Virus record (IMG/VR): IMGVR_UViG_3300031977_002889
DNA from: a virus
Length of the DNA: 64,000 bases
Reading direction: 5' to 3' (one strand)
Part shown: positions 55,773 to 64,000 of the stretch, one piece after another
Numbering within the stretch: the stretch's first letter is position 1
How the letters are laid out: every line of letters begins with the position of its first letter
The notes under the pieces: model-generated
What the model was told of the DNA's origin: nothing
The model's input: only the letters and a program-made list of their open reading frames with translations
The model's database searches: none
Translations under genes and position numbers: made by a program

Positions 55773-56100
55773 TAATTGGCCTATTCAAAAAATCACGACC
55801 TGGTTCTTGACCATCCATACCACCTTGCATATAGGCTGCAAAGAAGGATGCATAGTTAATCATATCTATACACGAATCTTCGAGCGATTCAAAATTCGGT
55901 GCGTAATCGGGATCACTTTCCATTGCTTCAAGTACTGACTGCATACGTAAAATCTTGGCATGCATGATATCAAGAATGGTTGCGCAACCACGTGGATAAT
56001 ACATGGCTTGACGAATACGTGAATTTGGATTTTGGTAATCGTTACCTTTTTTATTCTGAATTTCAGCTGCTTTTTGCAGGATCTTTAAGCTTTCTTTCAT
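55735..56100 (-). CDS. Nucleotide-modification-associated domain protein (Nmad1/DUF1599-like)
   Basis: KKGNDY, K..R, EDS.IDMINYA. Confidence 0.7.
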   Translation of the reverse strand: MKESLKILQKAAEIQNKKGNDYQNPNSRIRQAMYYPRGCATILDIMHAKILRMQSVLEAMESDPDYAPNFESLEDSCIDMINYASFFAAYMQGGMDGQEPGRDFLNRPINVNTTRKSQAEE

Positions 56101-56354
56101 TAACAAACTTCCCAACCTAAGTTATCTGCAACCCAATCGTTGCCTTTATCTTTTGCAAGAGCACATACTATTTGTTCACGAGGCTCTGTATCCATATCAT
56201 TAATTGTATTAACGGCATTTTCTATATTGCCAAGAGAAATTTGAACGTCAACAAATTGAAACGCTTTTAGATCATCAAGATAAAGATCTTTCAAATCTTT
56301 GTCTTCAATTGAGTAGCTAAATGTTTGATCGATAAGAGTTTTAACGGCGTTCAT
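56100..56354 (-). CDS. Early hypothetical protein
   Basis: Follows the repeated leader; MDTEPRE motif. Confidence 0.65.
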   Translation of the reverse strand: MNAVKTLIDQTFSYSIEDKDLKDLYLDDLKAFQFVDVQISLGNIENAVNTINDMDTEPREQIVCALAKDKGNDWVADNLGWEVC

Positions 56355-56358
56355 AGTA

Positions 56359-56450
56359 TTCTCCTTCATTTGATATATCTATCCTACCATAACCAGAATA
56401 CATTGTACATGTTTTTGTTTCATTTAAAATCAATAACTTATCATTTTTTT
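56359..56450 (-). promoter_or_regulatory. Repeated early promoter/leader, copy 4, with upstream IHF-consensus site
   Basis: CATGTACA-N-TGGTAGGAT-N-ATATCAAATGAAGGAG; AATCAATAACTTA at 56428-56440. Confidence 0.8.
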
Positions 56451-56939
56451 TGGTCTGTAATAATAACCATCATACTGGCTTTTTTGCATTTTAAGCAAAA
56501 CCGTATTAGCTTCTTCATAAGCAAAGAACGCATGTGGTACAACTTGACCAACTTCAAACTGCTCTTTAGTATCGATAGTAGTGTAAAATAAAAAATGAGT
56601 AAGTTCTCCTTGAGAAACTCGAGATTTCATCATATCTAATTTTTGCTCTGCAGTTTTACCATCACGTGACTTGCTTCGCGTTATATTATAGTTAATACTT
56701 TCTAGTCTTTTAGCATCAATAAAATGATCAAGAATTCTAAAATCATGTTTATAATTATTTGGCATTTTTACTAAAGGTTTGTCAGCACCATAAAGTAACC
56801 ACCATTCAAGTAAAAGATAATCACAATGCTTTCTATTTACAAATCCTCCTTCGTCATGTAGTTGATCAGCATAATTACAGAAGTCTTGAGTAACTACAAT
56901 GTCACGAGTTACTAAATTAGAAAGTTGATTAATCATCAT
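56430..56939 (-). CDS. Hypothetical protein, possible PD-(D/E)xK fold
   Basis: HDFRILDHFIDAKR. Confidence 0.45.
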   Translation of the reverse strand: MMINQLSNLVTRDIVVTQDFCNYADQLHDEGGFVNRKHCDYLLLEWWLLYGADKPLVKMPNNYKHDFRILDHFIDAKRLESINYNITRSKSRDGKTAEQKLDMMKSRVSQGELTHFLFYTTIDTKEQFEVGQVVPHAFFAYEEANTVLLKMQKSQYDGYYYRPKKMISY

Positions 56940-57645
56940 TACCTCCAGAAAATGGCCATTTTGGCCTTTTCAGAACATGTTTATCAGACTGCCATAATCT
57001 TCGAAGAGCTGCTTTTTTTAAATCAGCAGATTCTATATGAGTTATAGGATTTGAAAAAGTCATTACTGATAATACAGAACCAGCTTTAAAATGATATTTA
57101 CCAGGAGAAAAAAATGCTATCGTATTTAATGGCATAGCTTTACATTCAACTAAACCCGGTGACACTTTATATGGTACATCATTCCAATAAAGCGGATCTA
57201 TAAATTGAACTAAAGTATTTTTTACATTGATATGACAATCAAATTCAAATTTTATTGCAACGTAATTTCCTGGCATTCCTTGAAGTTGACCAGATCCATG
57301 GTGAGTTATACTTTTTAAAACTGTATATCTGCTTTTTGTTTGGTATTTGTAATCTAGATTTTCATCTATCTCAAGTAAAATATCACATGGAAATTTAATA
57401 GCAACTGAATGTTTAAATAGTGTATTAAATCCTGGACAAGACTTCGAAGTTTTTACAGACTCAGGAATAAAGTGCATCAAATCATTCCAATATTTTCTTA
57501 TATAATCAGGAACAGATTTGGCCTCATTATGTGTAATAACGGGTTGAGTTGTAAACCATTTCGGTTTTTCTAAAGAAAGAAATTCTCCCTCTATACTATG
57601 ACCAACGTGAGTCATATCACCTATACAATATTCTAATTTAGACAT
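56929..57645 (-). CDS. Hypothetical protein
   Basis: T.K.CPG, H..GQ, PG.V motifs. Confidence 0.55.
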   Translation of the reverse strand: MSKLEYCIGDMTHVGHSIEGEFLSLEKPKWFTTQPVITHNEAKSVPDYIRKYWNDLMHFIPESVKTSKSCPGFNTLFKHSVAIKFPCDILLEIDENLDYKYQTKSRYTVLKSITHHGSGQLQGMPGNYVAIKFEFDCHINVKNTLVQFIDPLYWNDVPYKVSPGLVECKAMPLNTIAFFSPGKYHFKAGSVLSVMTFSNPITHIESADLKKAALRRLWQSDKHVLKRPKWPFSGGNDD

Positions 57646-58564
57646 TTTTATACACATACTCCAAAGCTCTATCTGCTTCTTTTTCCATTGGTCGATTTTC
57701 ATACCAATTACCAGTTTCGATATCAAGTTCTCTACACATTGCAGTGATTTCTTGACATGTAATTGGATAATTATTCTTCACAGCATTACCAGCAATGGCA
57801 ACCATAATTTGGTACATCTTATGATACCAACCAGTATTATTAATTAAACGATATTCGGATTCCAAATTTTTAGGAAAGAATGGACAGTCACGATATGATG
57901 ACCAATTAAAATTAGTATTATCAAGTTTGGCTTTACGATGCTCTACAATTTGTGCTTGAATTTCTTCTGGTAATCTATCAAAGAAATTATTGCCGCTTTT
58001 AATTGGAGCTGGATGTTTAGCCATTAAAACATCAGGATCTATAGCCATACCAGTATGATCAAAAATAAAGTTGAAAGCAGACTTGTACGTGCCAGGGATA
58101 TAATACATTCGTGAATAATCTTTAGTCTGTTTATCTCCAATCGAACCGAGTTCGGTATTGAGGGCGTACCAGAAAGCTCGGATGTTATCTGCTTTAACTC
58201 TTTTCGTAAGTGGGAACACAAGCCTAAACTTAGGATAATCTTCTCGACTGCTAGCAGTACTATAGCAAATAAAGCTGAACTTATTATATAAGGCAACCAA
58301 CTCATTTTGTAGATCTCCTTCAAACTTGTGGTCATCAACATCAACAGCACACCAACCACCCCAATCAACTACATTGGCATTAGCTCGAGTTGTATTGGGG
58401 TGGTAAGTGGCAGGAGATATTAGTTGTGCTTCTTCTTTAGATTCACGAGGCACTTTAGCGAGATCGTATAACAAATGTTTGAACTGGTCAAAATTGTCCA
58501 AGTCCATACGACGATGTGTCTTATTGTCAAATACGCTTTTAAACAGCGTTAGAGAGATCTCCAT
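57638..58564 (-). CDS. AEP/Prim-Pol-like primase domain protein
   Basis: WCAVDVDD, YSTASS...KFRLVFPL, D..R..Y.P; helical C-terminal domain. Confidence 0.7.
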   Translation of the reverse strand: MEISLTLFKSVFDNKTHRRMDLDNFDQFKHLLYDLAKVPRESKEEAQLISPATYHPNTTRANANVVDWGGWCAVDVDDHKFEGDLQNELVALYNKFSFICYSTASSREDYPKFRLVFPLTKRVKADNIRAFWYALNTELGSIGDKQTKDYSRMYYIPGTYKSAFNFIFDHTGMAIDPDVLMAKHPAPIKSGNNFFDRLPEEIQAQIVEHRKAKLDNTNFNWSSYRDCPFFPKNLESEYRLINNTGWYHKMYQIMVAIAGNAVKNNYPITCQEITAMCRELDIETGNWYENRPMEKEADRALEYVYKNV

Positions 58565-58952
58565 GATTATCCTCGTGATTAGGACCTTTCCACCCACCGG
58601 GTTTCAATAGATCAGGTAAACCAAATCGATTTGGCCGACCAGGTTTTATACCAGCCTTTTTATCCATATTGGCACGATAAATTTCATCCCACGCTTTATG
58701 AGCATCTACTCCAAAAACGTCTAATGTACCAATAGCGAAAACACATAGATCAATTAAACCATCTACGATTTCTTCTTCATCGCCATTATTAATAGCTCCA
58801 AGAGTTTCGTGTAACTCTTCATTAATCATTAACATACGAAACATAAGATACTTACGCATAAGATCTTTGTTGTCTTTGTTATTTTCAAACCAATCATGTA
58901 CACCATATTTCTGGTGCATTTCATTGATATCTTTTACCCAATTTTCACTCAT
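58539..58952 (-). CDS. MazG-like/all-alpha NTP pyrophosphohydrolase (candidate dCTPase/dUTPase)
   Basis: EELHE, EEIVDGLIDL, ANMDK, KP.GW..P. Confidence 0.8.
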   Translation of the reverse strand: MSENWVKDINEMHQKYGVHDWFENNKDNKDLMRKYLMFRMLMINEELHETLGAINNGDEEEIVDGLIDLCVFAIGTLDVFGVDAHKAWDEIYRANMDKKAGIKPGRPNRFGLPDLLKPGGWKGPNHEDNHGDLSNAV

Positions 58953-58953
58953 A

Positions 58954-59106
58954 TTAAAATACCTGTACTGCGAACGAGATGATCGAGAAAAAGAACAAAA
59001 TTGCGATGTAGATAGTAAGACCAAGAATGACTAATTTACCATTGTCTAAATCTGCGGCTGTACCTTCACCGTATTTGTCTTTAAATGCTTTCAATGTTTT
59101 GTTCAT
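58954..59106 (-). CDS. Small membrane protein (50 aa, not in ORF track)
   Basis: MNKTLKAFKDKYGEGTAADLDNGKLVILGLTIYIAILFFFSIISFAVQVF. Confidence 0.5.
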   Translation of the reverse strand: MNKTLKAFKDKYGEGTAADLDNGKLVILGLTIYIAILFFFSIISFAVQVF

Positions 59107-59145
59107 GATCCTATTATACTCCATTTTTCATTGTTTGTACATACT

Positions 59146-61632
59146 TTACACAAAGAAATCTTCTAGTGTTGCTTTTTCTTCAGCTGACCACCCAACCGCA
59201 TTGAGAATAAAATTAAGTGGTTCGATGAAAGTTTTTTCAAATTGTAAATCGTAATCAACATATCGGTGTAGTTTAAATTCTTCGGGCAAAACATCTGGAT
59301 ATGCGATTACGTTTTCTTGAATTGGATTTGGAACTTTAAGATACGTGAATTTGAGGCGATCACCATTTACAACCGACTCATACTTTTTCGTAAGCTTATG
59401 TTGTTTTAAGTACTTATTGTATAAGATAGCGCCTCGAACATGAATCGGTGTACCTTTCTTATATGAACCACGTTCCATCCAATCTGTAATATTAGATATA
59501 GATCTTGGAAAACTTACTTGCTCTGGAGGTAGGTTGTTGAATTGTTGCCTAAAATCTGCGATATATTTTTGAGTTTCGGCTTCTGTACCAGACAAGATAA
59601 TTTTAAAAACTTCTTTAAATTTATCACGAACAACTTCAGGTGTAGAAGACTTAATAGCCTCAATACCCATAATCTTGAGTTTTGGTTCAGCGTATTGTAC
59701 GCCTTCGTTATTGTGGACGTTTAGGATATATCGTTTCTTTGCTGTCCAAATACCACGATCAGCAATAACTTCTCTACCCATTTCCATACGATTTTTATGG
59801 CCATTCATGTTTTTAAACAATTGTGCGTACGCTTTGGCCAATGCTGGCTCAAAGTGATCTTTACATATTTTATCTAAAAATTGAACTGGATTCTTAGGTT
59901 TTAATAACCCAACCAAAGGGCCAAAATTAACATACAAAGAATCAGTATCAATAGCAATAACATAGTCTGCATCGGTTTTTAATATTTGATTCATAGCCAT
60001 GTTCATAGCTTTTTCAGCCCATTGTATAGCAAGTTGACCAGATAGTGTTACACCCTCGGCAAGTCGCAAATCAAAATATTTGAAGTATTGATTACCCAAT
60101 GCGCCATACAAAGAGTTCATCAAAATCTTAATCGCCATTTGCTGGTTACCAAGAGTATTTATGTCATTTTGTAAACTTTCGTCTTTTGTTTTTTGATATT
60201 GTTGTTCAATAGCAAGCATCATATTTTTGATAGATCGACGTTCGTCATAGTAATCTTCAATAATACTTGGAATTACACCATCAATATCTTTACGATATGT
60301 AGAACCATTAGCTGCTACTGCGTAATTACTTTCAGTTGGAAGTCCACCATTCAAATAATGGTCAACACTATTAATTTGATTTTGACTAATCAAAGTTTCA
60401 GGTGACATATTATTTTGAACAATAATATTAGGATATAGTGAATTTAAATCGAATGATACAACCCAATCATGAGCACCAACCATAGGATCTTTCACATAAC
60501 CACCAGCGAACTTTGATTTATGTGCTTCAGGTGGAAAAGCAGGAGGTACAATTTTTTGTGAGTTAAGTTTACGATAGATGATTGATTCCCATATCGCTGT
60601 AGTACCAAATGTGTCTTGATAATTAACACCACCTTTATATGCGATAGTCATAGCCAAAGTAATAAGACCAAGTTTATCTTCAAGACGATCAACAAGTTGT
60701 ACGTCTTTCATGTTATAATCGATATATTTTTGGAAATCATCTTTATAAAGATTGCGAAGAGAACCAGATTCTTCGAACGAAAGTTTTTTCTCGCCAAGAA
60801 CTACATAAGCAATATGGTCAAGTTTGTATGATTCTTGTGGACCATACGTATAACCAAATTTTTGAAATAACTCGAGATAATCGAGAGTTTGAATACCTTT
60901 AATATCGTACACATCTTCTTCTTTACCACGACGAGTAATTTTACGATAGTCTACCATACCCCATGGAGAGAATCGTTTGATGTCATTAAGACCAAGAATT
61001 TTGGCACAACGATTAATAAGATATGGAATATCAAAGAATCGAGTATTCCAACCCGTGATAACATCAGGTGTACGAGCAGGATCTGACCACCAATTTAGAA
61101 ATTGAAGAAAAAGATCTTCTTCATCATGACATTTAGTATACAAAACAGGTTGGATAAGAGCTTTTTCAGTGTCAAAGTCACCATAACCCCAAACCCAATA
61201 CACATCAGATTTACTTGATTTTACAGTAATGGCTAAGACACGTTGATTGGCCTCGGATGGGTGTGGAAACCCATCATCGTATTCAGTTTCGATATCGATT
61301 GTGGCCACATTGATAAGCTCACGTTTAAATTCGATTTGTTTTGGAAACTTAGAAGTAATATATTGATGAATATAATTTGGATTACCAAACACAGATCTAT
61401 TAGCCACATCTTTATTTGATTCGAGCCAAACTTTGGCATCTCTCATAGAATCAAAAGAAAGCCTACCAACTTTTTGACCGTATAATGATCGCCAACCTGT
61501 ATCTTTTTCAGACATAACAAAAAACTCTGGCGAAAACTTATCCTTGCGATAAACATTTTTGCCAGAGTTATCATAGCCACGGTACAACATAGAGTTACCG
61601 TAGCGAACTACAGAAGTGTAAAAGTTAAACAT
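59146..61632 (-). CDS. 43: Family B DNA polymerase gp43
   Basis: DIET, GWN..FDIPY, SFDLNSLYP, KILMNSLYG, IDTDS, KKRY. Confidence 0.98.
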   Translation of the reverse strand: MFNFYTSVVRYGNSMLYRGYDNSGKNVYRKDKFSPEFFVMSEKDTGWRSLYGQKVGRLSFDSMRDAKVWLESNKDVANRSVFGNPNYIHQYITSKFPKQIEFKRELINVATIDIETEYDDGFPHPSEANQRVLAITVKSSKSDVYWVWGYGDFDTEKALIQPVLYTKCHDEEDLFLQFLNWWSDPARTPDVITGWNTRFFDIPYLINRCAKILGLNDIKRFSPWGMVDYRKITRRGKEEDVYDIKGIQTLDYLELFQKFGYTYGPQESYKLDHIAYVVLGEKKLSFEESGSLRNLYKDDFQKYIDYNMKDVQLVDRLEDKLGLITLAMTIAYKGGVNYQDTFGTTAIWESIIYRKLNSQKIVPPAFPPEAHKSKFAGGYVKDPMVGAHDWVVSFDLNSLYPNIIVQNNMSPETLISQNQINSVDHYLNGGLPTESNYAVAANGSTYRKDIDGVIPSIIEDYYDERRSIKNMMLAIEQQYQKTKDESLQNDINTLGNQQMAIKILMNSLYGALGNQYFKYFDLRLAEGVTLSGQLAIQWAEKAMNMAMNQILKTDADYVIAIDTDSLYVNFGPLVGLLKPKNPVQFLDKICKDHFEPALAKAYAQLFKNMNGHKNRMEMGREVIADRGIWTAKKRYILNVHNNEGVQYAEPKLKIMGIEAIKSSTPEVVRDKFKEVFKIILSGTEAETQKYIADFRQQFNNLPPEQVSFPRSISNITDWMERGSYKKGTPIHVRGAILYNKYLKQHKLTKKYESVVNGDRLKFTYLKVPNPIQENVIAYPDVLPEEFKLHRYVDYDLQFEKTFIEPLNFILNAVGWSAEEKATLEDFFV

Positions 61633-61637
61633 AATAT

Positions 61638-61669
61638 AATTCTACCACAGAGTGTAAGAAAAGTAAACC
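61638..61669 (-). promoter_or_regulatory. Early promoter for gene 43
   Basis: GTTTACT-N-TGTGGTAGAAT. Confidence 0.7.
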
Positions 61670-61670
61670 G

Positions 61671-62021
61671 TTAAAGTGATTGTTTTTCTATAATTTCTGT
61701 CCAAACAGTAATACCATTACTTACCATACATCCTTCACCGCGATTTTGAGTAGCACGTACATATACAAATGTTTTATCTGAATATCTAAACCAAAGAGAA
61801 TCATAAATCCCTTGAGTTATGGTTTCTCCCATAAATACCATATCATGATTACTTGAGTTAAGATAATCAATAAGATCTTGTAAATCTCCGCACATCGCAT
61901 TAATAAGCTTAGGTGAGATTTCACCCGGTCCATACGTCCTATCTTGTGCATAAACTGGGTAACAAAAACTTAATAAGAGTGTCGTAAATAAAACTTTACA
62001 TAAGTTCGAAATGTGGTCCAT
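61671..62021 (-). CDS. Exported hypothetical protein
   Basis: Signal peptide (VYA), conserved Cys pair. Confidence 0.55.
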   Translation of the reverse strand: MDHISNLCKVLFTTLLLSFCYPVYAQDRTYGPGEISPKLINAMCGDLQDLIDYLNSSNHDMVFMGETITQGIYDSLWFRYSDKTFVYVRATQNRGEGCMVSNGITVWTEIIEKQSL

Positions 62022-62463
62022 CGATAAAAGGCCTCCGACCCTCGCTTCGACGAAGATCTATGTATGCGTTCATAGCATCTTCGGCCGATCCAGGGTAGTC
62101 CCTAATATCTCCTTCGGACCAAGCGGCTCCCCACTTGATCGCTACTCCAAGCTCTTCAGCGGCTTGTTTGAAAGCGTCACAAATATCGTCGTATACATTA
62201 AGTTCCCAAACTACATCCGATCCATCGTATGCTACTACATCCACGGCGTGTGAATAACCGGAATCTTGAATAAGATGTTTTGATTTCATTGTTTGAGAAC
62301 GCCCCGAAGCAACAAGCTTCTCTTGTTCTTCAATCGTCCGTACTCCATATGTTACACCAAAATCTACTTTTGTGTATTCAATTGCACGTTCTACAACGGC
62401 AACCATATCTGGATGTACGCCTTCTAGTTTTCCACGGCTTCGTGACGATAAACTAAATCCCAT
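61996..62463 (-). CDS. Endolysin, M15 family L-Ala-D-Glu peptidase
   Basis: LEGVHPD, GVRTIEEQ, SKH, AVD, WG..W, DGPHFE. Confidence 0.92.
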   Translation of the reverse strand: MGFSLSSRSRGKLEGVHPDMVAVVERAIEYTKVDFGVTYGVRTIEEQEKLVASGRSQTMKSKHLIQDSGYSHAVDVVAYDGSDVVWELNVYDDICDAFKQAAEELGVAIKWGAAWSEGDIRDYPGSAEDAMNAYIDLRRSEGRRPFIDGPHFELM

Positions 62464-62495
62464 AGTAATTTCCTTTGATTGTTGCTATTAATGTA

Positions 62496-62503
62496 TATTT
62501 ATA
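62496..62503 (-). promoter_or_regulatory. T4-type late promoter for endolysin
   Basis: TATAAATA. Confidence 0.7.
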
Positions 62504-62510
62504 TCAGATG

Positions 62511-62534
62511 AAAAAAGGGGCAATATTGCCCCTT
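62511..62534 (-). terminator. Rho-independent terminator
   Basis: AAGGGGCAA-TA-TTGCCCCTT followed by T tract. Confidence 0.75.
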
Positions 62535-62537
62535 CCA

Positions 62538-62774
62538 TCATTTTTCTTTTGTTGTTACAAATTCATAAAGTTTGTCAGCTTGTGCTTTAATTTCGTCAGG
62601 TGTAATTGCCTTTGGAATATAATTTTTATAAGCTTCTAATGCTTGTTCAGCATTGTCTTTATACATGTCCATTGCTTTATAAGCAACTTCCATTTGAATA
62701 TCGTATTGTTTGTCAAGCATTTCTTTTGCCATATTCAATACATCATAACGAATTTGATAAGGGTTATTTGCCAT
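62538..62774 (-). CDS. Conserved hypothetical protein
   Basis: NPYQIRYDVL.MAKE ... A..LYEFV. Confidence 0.65.
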   Translation of the reverse strand: MANNPYQIRYDVLNMAKEMLDKQYDIQMEVAYKAMDMYKDNAEQALEAYKNYIPKAITPDEIKAQADKLYEFVTTKEK

Positions 62775-62809
62775 TTTGGCCTCCTGTGTGTTGTGTGTAG
62801 GAGAGGAGC

Positions 62810-62995
62810 TTAACGCTCCCCTCTAAGTGATTTTACTTGCATCATACAATGTTTTGCTTCTTCGTGCAAACCCATATTAGCAAGGTGTGCTGCGGCTCTG
62901 CTATATCCTGCTATTTCACAGAAATTATTAAAGCCTGACCAAAAACCTTGAAGAGGTGCGAATGTGTATTTCATTACTGTATCCATTACACCCAC
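62810..62995 (-). CDS. Small hypothetical protein
   Basis: GYSRAAAHLA.MG. Confidence 0.6.
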   Translation of the reverse strand: MGVMDTVMKYTFAPLQGFWSGFNNFCEIAGYSRAAAHLANMGLHEEAKHCMMQVKSLRGER

Positions 62996-63237
62996 CCCGT
63001 TAGGTTTTGATTTATTGATCTTTTCATATCAGTATCACCTTTAGCGATAGAACGAATATCGCCTCTGGCAATTCCAATGTCATTCAATTCTTTATCAGTC
63101 AACTGTGACAATTCTTTCACAGTTTGATTGAATTCTCTGTTGCGCTTTACATATGCGTTCCAAGATCGAAGAAAATCGAAAAGACCTTCAAGCGGTTTCG
63201 TTAAGAAGCTGCTTACTTCCAGTACTAGTTGAGTCAT
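62986..63237 (-). CDS. DUF1127 domain protein
   Basis: T..ELSQLTDKELNDIGI.RGDI signature. Confidence 0.85.
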   Translation of the reverse strand: MTQLVLEVSSFLTKPLEGLFDFLRSWNAYVKRNREFNQTVKELSQLTDKELNDIGIARGDIRSIAKGDTDMKRSINQNLTGWV

Positions 63238-63661
63238 TTGTTAATACCCCGTTAATTGAAATTTTACGGGGACGCTTCTCTTCAGGAAGAATTCGCTCCA
63301 AGTGAATTGTAAGCAATCCATCTTCCAGATCAGCTCCGGTGACTTCTACAAATTCAGAGAGCCTAAATGACCTCTCGAATTTACGACCGCTAATGCCCTT
63401 GTGGACATAAAGTTCTTGATTCCGACGTTTTTCTCTATCACCTCTAACAGTAAGAATACCATCATGCATAGTAATATCAATGTCTGATTCTTTAAATCCG
63501 ACAACAGCAAGTTCAATGAGATACTCGTCTTCAGTATTTTTTACTACGTTATGAGGTGGATATTTCCCGTGCCGATGATCAAATGTCATTTGCTCGAGTT
63601 CGTTAAAGATGTGGTCGAAACCCACGAATGCTCCACGAGGGAAGCTAAAGTTAGTAGTCAT
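63188..63661 (-). CDS. Small heat-shock protein Hsp20 (IbpA-like)
   Basis: YPPHN, IELAVVGF, HKGISGRKFERSF, ADLEDGLL, PEEKRPRKI. Confidence 0.95.
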   Translation of the reverse strand: MTTNFSFPRGAFVGFDHIFNELEQMTFDHRHGKYPPHNVVKNTEDEYLIELAVVGFKESDIDITMHDGILTVRGDREKRRNQELYVHKGISGRKFERSFRLSEFVEVTGADLEDGLLTIHLERILPEEKRPRKISINGVLTNDSTSTGSKQLLNETA

Positions 63662-63716
63662 ATTTGACCTCCTATTAAGTAAGGTTGTAGATGGACCCAT
63701 TATTGGCATCCATACA
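63662..63716 (-). promoter_or_regulatory. ROSE-like RNA thermometer candidate
   Basis: 5' hairpin plus ACCTTACT-TAAT-AGGAGGT hairpin pairing the SD, with one bulged nucleotide. Confidence 0.55.
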
Positions 63717-63757
63717 TTATATATAATTATTAATTTTTAAAAGTACATAGGCTGGAA

Positions 63758-64000
63758 TTAATTTTTATTGCCAATGTTATATTTAGGACATAAATTCCAG
63801 TTATCTTTATCTTTATACGAAATAATTTTAATTTGACGAAGCGGTGCCAATTCTTGTAGATTATTTTGAGATTCAATTGTAATGAGACCCCAATCACTCA
63901 TAAGCTGAGCAATTGTATTCCTACGTGCAATGTCATTTTCTTCTAAATTGGATTTTTTTCCGTCAAGTAAAAATAATTCTTTGAAATGTACAATAAAATA
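63758..64000 (-). CDS. regA: Translational repressor RegA (3' part; truncated by window edge)
   Basis: YFIVHFKELFLLDGK..D..RRNTIAQL.SDWGL...LCPKYNIG. Confidence 0.93.
   Translation of the reverse strand, partial: YFIVHFKELFLLDGKKSNLEENDIARRNTIAQLMSDWGLITIESQNNLQELAPLRQIKIISYKDKDNWNLCPKYNIGNKN

Noticed and set aside
59146-61632. Intein/intron in gp43 (also checked nrdJ and gp41)
   Set aside because: Lengths and motif spacing are normal and uninterrupted

Overview
A 64-kb segment of a large T4-like myovirus genome, almost entirely minus-strand coded. It carries core replication and transcription genes (gp32, gp33, RNase H, gp41, uvsX, gp43, regA, class II RNR nrdJ, thyX), two tRNAs, a permuted two-piece tmRNA of alphaproteobacterial type, T4-style early and late promoters, and a block of probable head-packaged proteins. 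The tmRNA, a DUF1127 protein and a small porin-like gene point to a marine alphaproteobacterial host, possibly Roseobacter-like. Two accessory loci stand out. (1) At 47.8-56.1 kb, a T4 gp42-like dCMP hydroxymethylase sits with two HhH-fold proteins resembling 5hmdU-kinase/amino-acid:DNA-transferase families, a PLP enzyme, an SGNH-domain protein and sugar-nucleotide enzymes, which suggests an undescribed cytosine hypermodification pathway. (2) At 24.8-38.2 kb, an AT-rich island encodes an adenylation enzyme, a desaturase, multiple Fe/2OG oxygenases, and SET, SDR, PLP and glycosyltransferase-like proteins. Several unannotated structured RNAs and a 118-nt tract with no C were also seen. All family assignments come from motif recognition by eye; no database searches were run.
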